From Lytechinus pictus (Eukaryota): DNA of 64,000 nucleotides. The stretch covers positions 14,510,001 through 14,574,000 of the forward strand of contig NC_087251.1 in NCBI RefSeq assembly GCF_037042905.1, read 5' to 3'. The number at the start of each line of letters is the position of its first letter. Positions within the stretch are counted from its first letter, which is position 1. A program made the position numbers and the translations under genes. Below, piece after piece: positions 53,011 to 64,000 of the stretch. The notes beneath the pieces were generated by a model. That model was not told the origin of the DNA and ran no database searches. It was given only the letters and a program-made list of their open reading frames with translations.

Positions 53011-56000
53011 GAAAGATGAAGAATATTCCTTTTCCAGCAGCTTCAAAATGATGATATTTGTTTAAGTGCTTTTTGAATTCATCAAACTTCTAGTGATGAA
53101 TTTATTCCCAATACATAATAAAACAACTGGAAATAATTTTCTTGGAGAGCATTTCTACAATTAAAACAACAGAGATATTTACGAACAAGTGTATTGCTGA
53201 AAATTTCCTCAAAATTGAATGTCACAATAGACAGTCATGACATTTTAATTGTCGATATACATTATTTCAGAAAACAATATTATACATGCAAAAGTAAAGG
53301 AGCTAATGACGACAATGCACTTACTATTTTATAAAAGAAACCTTTCGATTTCAGCTCCTGTTAGGTTAACCACTGCTTGACCTAAACTCGGACTCTGACT
53401 TTATCATGTGGAATCCCCACCATACTTATGTCAAGTAGTCATAAGCTTCTCGGTTATCAAAATGTACAAAAAAATAGAAGCATGGTACTTTGTTAAATAG
53501 GTAGAAAGGTGAGGATGTGACTCAATAGGCTCCTGCATTTGTATACATAGCAGGATATCTATATAGCTGTCTTGTGAAATCAAACAAAATGTCAAAATGT
53601 GTATTTTAGTTTATTTTACATAATATAATCTAAATGACTTATTCAATGTTATACTTGCTAAATTTTCGTGATGTATTAGAATCAGTTATAATCATATAGA
53701 ACCTAAGGTTTTATATTGTGATCTGAAAATAAAGACATCAATTTCTTATGACAAAGAAGAGGGGCAAACTTTATGCAGCTAAATATTGTATTTCAATTAC
53801 AAAATTCCAAATATCATCATTGATTCCAGATACAAAGATCTATTGCAATACCATTGCTTATTGATTATTATCCTACTGTACACTAAACGTGTTCGTATTC
53901 TTAGGAGGAATCTTAGAATGCTATATTTAGAAATATTTATAAGATATTATACCCGAAAATGTTGCTCAGCGCTCTGCTCAGTAATCACAATTCACGTTTT
54001 TCTCTGTTATTGATGAAATACTATGCAGTTAATCATATTCGACATAATGCCTCTCGCATTTCCTGTGGGATCAAAGCTTCCACGATAATATCATGACCCA
54101 CATATTTAATATATCAGCGAATAAGGAAATGATTTCCTCACGAAAATTGGGGGGAAATTCCATAAGAATTTGTTTGCTATCCGCAAGCTGCAAATAATAT
54201 TGAATTAAACATTATTATCTGCTCCACCATTCGATAATCAGTAAATGTAATTCTATTTGCGTCAATCGCAATATCTACAGTTGAATCGATGAAGAATTGT
54301 TAAATATTTTTTTGGTAAACATCATCAATGAAATCGATTGAAATTACCAGACATTGTCATCCGATCTTCAATTGGATCCCATTAATGTTGTTTTATTTTT
54401 TTGCCTCTCTCTCTCGATTCCGCCACCCCCCCCCCTTAGGAACTAAAATGCAGACATAAATCTTAATGATTTATTCAGCAGGAATACTAACGTGTCATAA
54501 TTTGAAGGAAAAAAACTTTGAGATACGTTCCATTTTTTTTTTTTTAATATTCATTTTTTTGCAAGACGTTAATCTATGTTTGCCACTGTCGATCCTCATA
54601 ATGTATTGAGATAACATTAAAAATGAGCAACGTGAAATGGTAGCAAAATTAGAATGCTCCACAGGGAACGGGTAATGGGCAGTGGCAGATGCTGTCTACC
54701 AATTCGTCCTAATCCGATTAGAAATGTTGGGTGATGACTGCTCACCCTGTACCATGGGCGGAAATCCCAGAGCAGACGCGTCCCCCCTACCATTTTGGAA
54801 AGGGGGACATAATATTAAATGTCCCCCTACAATTTGTGGTCTTTTATCATGGAAAAAATACATAATTCAAATCGAAATTATACACATGTATCCTCGAATT
54901 TCGAAATATATATAAACAGTTTTTGTTAAGAACTTAGTTAGGAAAAGAAAAGGCATACCGGTCAAAATATTCTCGAACTCGCATCTAGCCCTATATGCCA
55001 GCCAAATAGTGATGACATTGATGACATCGATGGCCATTGTCAATTTCATAACTAATAAAAATGACGAAAAAAGAAAATCGCCTCTGGATACTTTTAAGTA
55101 AATTTAGTGTATAGACGGTTAGACGAGAATGTTCCATACCCATTAAAATCATATCTTTGTTAAACCAATTCATTTTCCCTTTATTACAAATTTACTTGGA
55201 ATATAAGAATATTTTCATTGTTCGCGTACTCAGTATAAATAATAGTTTTCATGAGTTATGATTAATCCTTCACAGTGAATTTTAACTATGTTTAATCCCC
55301 CAAAATGTGTTTTTAAATACTCTATTAACGAGACTTTTATATTCCATTTTTACACAAAATTCCTGCGGTGAGGAGAAAAATAGGAAAAAAGATAGGACAA
55401 GGAAGAAAATTAAATGATAGAAGGGAGGAGAATAATTGAAAAAAATAAATAAATAAATAAAATTGAATAAATAAAAAAGAAAACTTTCAGGTCAAAGTAT
55501 AAAAAAAAAAAATTCGCTCGCGCTTTGCATTAATACACAGCCATCTCTTTATTTCAAAACGTGCTTAAATTTTTTTCACTTTTTAGATCGAAGATATCCG
55601 TCTTTTTCATAATTTGTAGGTTTAAATCTTAAAAAAAAAATTAGCTCGCGCTTTGCGCTCGCATTGCTTATTGAGATAAACTGGTTGTTCTTTATTACAA
55701 AAGTGCTTGCAAGATCCAGTTTTCAGATCTGAATATAAAAAAAAAAAAAATTCGCGCTTCGTCAGCATCAGTAATATGGTTGAGTCAGATACTATCCTGT
55801 TTATTGCTATAAGGTGAAAAGAAGATGACTTTTTGGTCGGAAATAAAAAAAATCAGGATACGCTTCGCGCTCACATTAATTAAAATTTAGTTAATAGCTA
55901 ACCTGTCCTTGATTTTAAAATATGCTAATAATACAAATTTTTAGGCCGGAAATGACGTATCTTCAGCAAACACTTCGCGCTCGAGTCTAATATTGTTTAG

Positions 56001-56060
56001 TAAAATTCCTATCCTGTTCATGATTTGAAAAAGTGTTACGATTGTCATATTTTCTTTTAA

Positions 56061-56560
56061 AGGGGTGGTCCAGGCTGAAAATATTTATATCTTAATACAT
56101 AGAGTAGAACTAACTGAGCAAAATACCGAAAATTTCATCAAAATCGGATAACAAATAATAAAGTTATTGAAGTTTAAAGTTTAGCAATATTTTGTGAAAA
56201 CGGTCGTCATGAATATTCATTAGGTGGGCTGATCTCCACTTTCCGTTTTCTTATGTTATTACATAAAATCATATTTTTTTCATTATTTCATACTTGTGTG
56301 AATAATATGTCTCCCTTATAATGAAATAAGTTGCAGCAATAAATATCCAACGCACTAAATCAGTTGTCAATCCAATTTTTCTAGTTCTTGGAGGAAAAAA
56401 ATTAATAAACATGACAACTGTTTTCACAAAATATTGCTAAACTTTAAAATTCAATAACTTTGTTATTTGTTATCCGATTTTGATGAAATTTTCTGCATTT
56501 TGCTCAGTGAATTCTACTCTATTTATTAAGCTATAAATACTTTCAGCCCGGACCATCCCT
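56061..56560. mobile_element. TTAA-flanked MITE nested in the hAT element
   Basis: ttaa|aggggtggtccaggctgaaa ... tttcagcccggaccatccct|ttaa. Confidence 0.85.
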
Positions 56561-57163
56561 TTAAGTACTAAGAATGTATTTAGGTTGGAAAATCAAAAAC
56601 TTTAAGCTCGCGCTTCGCGCGCTCATGAATTGATTAGATTCCTATCCTGTTCATATTCTTTTTAAGGTGCTAAGAATGTCCAGTTTTTAGGTTGGAAAAT
56701 CAAAAACTTTCAACTCGCGCTTCACGCTCGAATAAATTGTTTAGATTTATATCCTGTTCATATTTTTTTAAGTGCTACGAATGTCCAGTATTTAGGTTGG
56801 AAAATCAAAAATTTTCAGCTCGCGCTCGCATCTATTATTTAGTTAATTCCTATTCTGTTCATGATTTGAAAAAGTGTTACGAATGTCCAGTTTTTAGGTA
56901 TAATTCCTATCCTGTTCATGATTTGAAAAATTGTTACGAATGTCTAGTTTTTAGGTTGAAAAATCAAAAACTTTCAGCTCGCGCTTCGCGCTCGCATTAA
57001 TGGTTTAGGTAGGATCGAATCTAGTTATTATCACAAAAAATGTTCAGAATGTTCAATTTCCAGGTCACAATTTATGAAATATCAACATATTTGGGCTCGC
57101 GTTTCGCGCTCGCATTATTTATTGAGGCCTTTCATGTTTTATATATATATATATATATGTGTG

Positions 57164-57226
<63 letters not shown>

Positions 57227-57233
57227 GTATACA

Positions 57234-57312
57234 TAGAAACAAAAGAAGACTTAATAGAAACGCCGTGAGGAGTCTCCTCACGGCGTTTCTATTAAGTCTT
57301 CTTTTGTTTCTA
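57234..57312. repeat. Perfect 79-bp palindrome inside an (AT)n microsatellite
   Basis: 39-bp arms tagaaacaaaagaagacttaatagaaacgccgtgaggag / ctcctcacggcgtttctattaagtcttcttttgtttcta around a single T at 57273. Confidence 0.95.
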
Positions 57313-58606
57313 CATTATGACGCCGACGCAGAACTCTTTGATTTATATATGTATATATATATATATATACATATATATAATATATATAATAATATATATA
57401 TATATACATGTATATATATATATATATGTATGTATGTGTGTGTGTGTTTGAGTTAGTAATTCTGTAGAATATAAAAACGGAAAACTCAATTGTGTCCCCC
57501 CCTACCTCCAAGGAAAGATTTCCGCCCATGCCCTGTACGTTTGAAGGACAAGGACGTGAGCACCTACTCTAGCATTAGGAACCGTAGAATGATATGAATT
57601 TTGCGTTCATTTAATATATTATGTTAACATACTGTACTAACAAAACTTAAAGAATGTGCCTAAATTCTGAATAAACGATACATTTTGTTGTGCAATCTCT
57701 TTCACCAGCAAGCGGTTCCATTTCTATTTTGTTATGACTGAAATGTTATACCAATATATTCCCGTTCTCTAGAACAGTTTCGACGCCACTTCTAATAGTG
57801 AAGAATCATTGTCCCAATAAATGTATGTAGCTACATGTTCAGCTCAGCGAATTTGTACTCATCAAAATGTGAATATATTGCTTTATTACGTTTGTGGTTA
57901 AGACAATTGAATGCAAACATGTGACCAACTTCATGCGAAGCGATAGATGAATAGGTTACTGAATTGATAAATCTGTTTGCCTCGAGCAATAAAAGCAATG
58001 GCAAAGTAAGAGTTTTAAATCAATGACATAAATTTGTTCGGAACGTTACGTATGAATATGAGAAACTGCAAATATTTATTTCAATCATAGTCTTTAAATT
58101 TGTGCTACATTCATTCTCACAAGCATATTCAGTTGAATGATTGAAAGCATGCAATTATTTTAGATTATATGGCCAAATATATATTTTTATTCTCTGCGTA
58201 TTTGAAGAAGCGAATTTATGTCAAATATTTCAACAGTTGCCGTTTTTATTTTAAAACATGATAATAAAAATTCCCACTTGAAACGCTTTTCCACCGGTCT
58301 AGAATCATACTCTTCTAATTTGACTCTTGAATGTTTTCCTTTTTGATCAACTCTTTTATTTGTTCAGCGCGATTTGCGTTTAATAGCAAGCGTTTACTAC
58401 TGACACAGCAAACAAATATATTTGCTTTGGTACTTAATCGCAAATCTATGCTACATAAAGATTTAATATATTTGTTCGTGGCTATAAATGGACACTAAAA
58501 TAGATGCGATAAGTCTATATAAGCAGCGAATTATCTAAAACCCATTATGTGTCAAACATATATATATATATATATATATATGTAATTATACATTTACAAG
58601 CTTTAA

Positions 58607-59541
58607 GGACGTTCCACAGTTAAAGTGAAATCCTTGTCATTTTCACCAAACTTTGCATATAGATACTTTAGAACCTTAATATTTGAAATATGCAAAAATT
58701 AACATAGGTCCATGTGCTTGATTTTTTGCTATAGAGCTTCAAAGTTCACCCAAATTGATTTTCTTAAGAATTGCGCATTCAAAAGAATTTGGCATTTTTA
58801 GACCGCCCAAGATTACTACAATGAGAATAAACCTCTATTACTCAGTCAAAATACATGAAAAAGTCATCAAATTTTGCAAGAGAGTTAATAATTGTATCGT
58901 TAGAATGGAGAATCTATTTATAGTGCTATTTGTTTGCAATTTTAAGTTTAACAGCACTGTCAGTTCTTCAAAATGGCGTAAAAGATAACAAAATCCCAAT
59001 CTAAAAAATGTAAAATTTCAGTAACAAACTACAAACGTACAATAAATGCTGTACTTTATTCAAAATCCATGTCATTTTCACCAAAATTTGCAGAGTTGTA
59101 GAGGAAGGTATACTTTAGAGGTACAAACATTAAAAAATAGGGGTTCATGTGCTTGTTTTTAAACTATCAGCATTTTTATTAGAGCAAATGTGCTTTTTAA
59201 AACACCAAAAATGCGCCGAATACTTTGTATCTATGTGAAGAAAAAATCAAAACCACTCTACCATTTATTCAAACTCGGGGTAATATTCGCGATTCTTGGC
59301 AGCACTGCAGAGTAAAGTATTTTGAAATTGTAGAGATTTTTTTTTTAATGGTCCATGGAATAATTCAATTTTTTAGCTTCATGAAATAACGCATCGGATC
59401 TGCAGTTAAAGTGCAGAAGATGAGAAAAATCAGCTCATACTCGCAGCTAATTAATCACCTGTTCATCCATTGTGACGTCAGCGCGCAGAGTGTAAACTAT
59501 GCGCAGATCATAATGCGCACAAACATAACTGTGGAACGTCC
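58607..59541. mobile_element. TTAA-flanked MITE, 935 bp, copy 2
   Basis: Same termini and length as 6080-7014; near-identical ORF translation (6228 vs 58755). Confidence 0.85.
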
Positions 59542-59660
59542 TTAACATATTACAACAAATTTGGCAACTCTTTTATTTAAGTATGTTGTGAAAAAAAAAT
59601 AATAAAGAGATAAAGAGAAAGGGCAGATAGCTCTGGGGAACCTTGATTTAAGCTACGCCT

Positions 59661-59747
<87 letters not shown>

Positions 59748-60787
59748 CTGTATATATACTTTATATGAGTTTTAGGTGATATGTATGACCACAGTGGATT
59801 TTACCATCGTTCCAACGGCCTTTAACATCATGAATGGCAATTGATACATCGTTTACATTTAACTTTTGAAAAAAAGCAATTGCAATATTCTATTCTGTCC
59901 ACCCCCCCCCCCCCCCCCCTCATCTGGATCCAAGGGTGCCTGTGTCACGAAAACTCATTGGCAATTTGTTCTCGTTCACAAATAGTGATTTCAAGGGTTT
60001 TTGAATAACAGAGAAACCTTTCCAACTCAATCCCTTGCAAATAACCACACCCTGCCTTACACCTCCGTCCTGCTTCCTTCAGTGATTACGTAATGTATTA
60101 TTCCTGGTATCGGCTGAAATCTTCCATTGAATATCATACATTTTTCACGTGCCCGAAATTGAAATACTTTTTGTATGAATAGAAAATCGGAATCTGAATC
60201 TGAATTCGAAATCAAGACCATAAATCTTCAGAACATCACTTGTCAATTGTAATTACCGCTATTATTATACATTACCATTTTCATTATCATTGTCATTATC
60301 TATAGCAACAGCAGCAGTAGTATTGGTAGTAATACTAGTAGAGCAGTATTAGCTAGTATCATCATCATCATCATCATCATCACTTTTATTACTTAGTTTT
60401 TGTTGTTGTTGTTGTTTTTATCAGAGAATGTTGTACTTGTTGTTATCACTTCCTCACTCCGGACCTCACTGTCTCATCTCTCACTGTTTTCTTCACCTTA
60501 ATTACACACTCCTCTTATACTTCGTCTCATCGTTGTAATCATAACATTTTTCTGACCCATTATGAGGATACCTTGCATTTCGGTTTCAAAATTTATACTT
60601 CGAATTTTTTGCAACGTAGATATCTCAGTAAACGCAATTTCAATGATATCATATAAAAACATGTACCACAAAAGACGAATGTCCGAGACGTTAAATGAAT
60701 CTCAACGGTGTCAATTTGGTTATTCCTAATGCTCCACTTGTCCTTTTCTAGTCAAGTCAGGTCTGCCATCTTTTCTAACCGTTCTGT

Positions 60788-61190
60788 AAGACAGTGATAC
60801 CCAAGCTAAAGACCAAGACTGAGACAATAATACCTGACGCAGAAACTAAGACTGAGACAATGATACCCAATACAAAGGCCAACACTGACACAATGATACC
60901 TGAGATTAAGACCGACACTGAGACACGGATACCCAAACCAAAGACCAAGACTGAGAGAACGATATCCAAGACAGAGACCAAAATGAGACTGAAAATATGA
61001 TATCCAAGACAGAGACCAACACTGAGACAATAATATCCGGGACAAAGACTGAGACAATGATACCCGAAACAAAGACCAGGACTGATACAATGATAAACGA
61101 AACAAAAATCAAAACTGAGACAATGATACCTGAGACAAAGACCAAGACTGAAATAATGATACCCATGACAGAGACCAAGACTGAGACACT
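60788..61190. repeat. ~30-bp degenerate minisatellite (agaccaagactgagacaatgatacc)
   Basis: About 13 units; produces repetitive TKTETMIP ORFs. Related sequence resumes after ~61600. Confidence 0.85.
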
Positions 61191-62049
61191 TCAAAATCGG
61201 CGAGATTAAAGAGAAATTCCAGTAGTTGCAGTAAACACTGATTTCATGAGAAAGTCTGTAAAACCAGGCTTAATTGTCAGTATATCATCGAGGATCTAGA
61301 TCTGGTACAGTTACATAAACTGAACTTTGTGAAATCTTGAAATCTACGCTGAAAAATGTTCAGACTGAACTTCCCCAACACAGATAAGCGCACGTGGGAC
61401 TGTGTATAATTATTGCTTTGAGCGTCGGGCCCGACGCTCTACCCGAATCCTGTGCTTATTTGCTGATTTCTCAGCAATTACACAATTTATTCCAGAATCC
61501 TCTGGCACATGCGTTTTATTTATACAAACAGACACTTTGGTGGTCATTTTATTGGATTCTGTACGAACTCATTTTGATATCGTTACCAAAACTAGCATTT
61601 GCGAGGCGAGATAATCAATGAAAATTGAGGTGAAACAGTGCAAATGTACAAGAGCCCTTTTTGTCTCACCGATGTCTCACCCTCTGAAACACAAGAAATA
61701 TAAATTCAAGATAAAGACTGAGACCAAGACAATCGTGTTCGAGAGCGATCTCATGTACGTAAAAATAATCACTGTTTCGAGACAGAGACAATTGCATTTA
61801 AGCACTTCATACCATTTCCGTAACAAAGTCTCTTTCATTTCTTAACACCAAAACAAAGACCAAGCACCGTACTTTTAAAATACCATTGTGTCTGATGTCA
61901 AACAGGTGGCGCCATTCTCGACATTAAAAAAAATATTAATGGAATGGGCTATGTAAATGCTTTTATTTTTTATTTCCAAATTTCAGATTTACTCAGGAAC
62001 AGAGAACACCTTGCCATGAGTAAAATGATTCATCTTTATATTCAGGAGT

Positions 62050-63950
62050 CGCCAATGGAATTCCAGCAATAACATGCATCAAGCTATTTTCCTCATGCTA
62101 AATGATAATAGCACCGTTAATAGCTACATTGGAAATAAACTGCCAGTCATACATAAACTTTGTCAGGTTATTCAACGGCGACCCTATGTTTATGAACATT
62201 GGATAACTGCCCTTTAAGAGGATTCGGGCACACCATGCAGAACAACCAATCATCTGAACAAATGATGGTAGACTGCCCTCCATGATTGATTCCACCTGTA
62301 TGAACACTGAGTAGAATATCATACATATTGTACTCTTAGAAAACTTCAGCGGCCTTTGACAGACAGTTCACCGAGTCACAAACTCATGGTGTGATTTTAT
62401 CTGACTATCTAATCTAGATCTGAACCTATCAGCTCCATTTCATACGATAAAACTGGACAAAAAGACTACTTGATGTTATCAACTTTCCAGGGGAAGACAT
62501 TTCAGTACATATATATTTAATTTTCTTCATGGACCTAGTAAGCGCCGTCCCACAACTGTGGGGTTGGTGCTTCTTCGCCATCTTTTTTTTAAACAAGACT
62601 ATCTTCTCATAATTTCAGCACCCATCAAAACACCATGAATACTAAAGTATATACATATTAACACTTTGATATTCAAGGCATTGATGGTTTGATTATTTCT
62701 TTATAAGCTATTCATTCTTCCCTCACGTTATATCAACTTGCAGTCTTATTGCATCCCTTTTATTCTCATAAGGTAATTTTATTCGGATTGTTTTCTCAAG
62801 GATATATACTTTGCTACGTTCATGAAGGTTACCTTCGAAAGTGGCGACATTTTGTCACCTGACATATTCCGGTGACATAATGGCAGTTCCTGTCTTGTTT
62901 TTGTCTCCTTCGATAGTTCAAAAACTCACATAATATTTTTGAACACATTTCCCCATGTATTTTCCTGCTTCCATACATGGTAAACCAATCAATGACATAT
63001 CATTATTTCTTGCAATCAATATATTCTAACAGTGATCCTGCCAATTAACAAAACTCAATTTACTGTATAAATGTAATAACTTCCATCGACAAAGACCTTA
63101 AGAGACCTTGAGAGTCTGTAGTTATGGTCGAATAAAATCATATAAATTATGGCTGGAAAAAGGGTTTCCTGTCGAACACTCTTGGGTGAATAAGAATCAC
63201 AGAGGTAATATCACTACCTAATATTTCGTAGATGAAGCATAGAACGCATAGACATAGAAAATAAATTGTAAAAACTCGAAGATAACTTCATCAGTGGTTC
63301 ATGTTACGAAGTATATATACATCCTGAGGTTTCTATTCATAGTTAAGGTCACAATCACCACAATAAATCTTAATCTAATGGTGCAATATAAGGGTATAGA
63401 GAGTAGTGGCGTTATTAGGACAGAGGGATGAGAAAACAAATTTAGAAGCAGTTTGAACATCCTTATGATACCTGTTAGGCTTAAATTCGCTTTCATGTCA
63501 GACATATGTGTGATCATCACCAATCAGTTATATCCTAATCAATGCAAAGACACCCAGGGTGATTCGATTTCTCAGCTATCCAATACCAACGCTCCAAGAA
63601 TTTATGCCCCATCGCGCTGCATTTTTGTATGACATTTCACCCACCGCGTCATTTGCAAGCGAAAAAGGAAAACACAAGGTAAAATCTCTATTAATGCTCC
63701 TTCAGTAAATGCTTCCGCCCTACGCTTGATGGAGCGTGTAGTCGCACGAGGGCAATATATTCTGACGTCCCCTTTCTCCTTATTCTCTATTGCCCCTTTA
63801 TAAACTCGATGTTTTTTTTTTCTTTTAAACCCAATGCTTTGAACTGTGAAAGTGAAGTGGCATCTATCAACGTTGCTAACAGTGCCCATTACTTCTGAAC
63901 AAATGGGTTCATAATTTTTCAATTTCTCGCTCAACTTGCTAGGAATAATA
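62050..63950 (-). mobile_element. Heavily decayed LINE RT region (tentative)
   Basis: Minus-strand traces only: 'GDKMSPL' (~62860, like RQGDxxSPLLF) and 'LITPLL' (~63410). No long ORF. Confidence 0.35.
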
Positions 63951-64000
63951 AAATATTCCGACGGGTCTTCAGAAGATAATCTTTTATTAGTTCCGACTAC

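Larger units (their letters stand above)
54753..57530. mobile_element. hAT-type non-autonomous element with internal gctcgcgcttcgcgctcg repeats and nested insertions
   Basis: 8-bp TSD ccctgtac on both sides; TIR catgggcggaaatc ... gatttccgcccatg. Confidence 0.85.

Noticed and set aside
60775..61209. Repetitive TKTETMIP and Cys/hydrophobic ORFs
   Set aside because: Products of a ~30-bp minisatellite open in several frames, with no splice or domain evidence.

Overview
AT-rich, intron-containing animal genomic DNA dominated by transposable elements; the repeat families and gene style suggest an invertebrate deuterostome such as a sea urchin (inference). Two host genes are supported: the last coding exon of an SLC16/MCT-like MFS transporter (+, 2386-2537) and a two-coding-exon glycoprotein hormone beta-5 gene (GPB5, thyrostimulin beta; -, 28515-28766 joined to 26552-26746). 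Two elements stand out. (1) A 2.3-kb fold-back Tc1 (DD34E) element at 11750-14046 whose two ~1-kb arms are near-identical inverted copies of the transposase 3' half, flanked by TA and nested in three other repeats. (2) A 2.5-kb miniature Polinton/Maverick-like element at 34435-36941 with AGTAGT termini, 46-bp TIRs and a 6-bp TSD, keeping one intact C2H2 zinc-finger ORF and a motif-rich subterminal minisatellite. The rest is decayed LINEs, TTAA (Kolobok-type), hAT, Harbinger and Tc1/mariner MITEs, a tRNA-derived SINE, Helentron-like satellite carriers, two recent tandem duplications, several DNA hairpins and microsatellites. No database search was possible, so family names come from motif recognition only.
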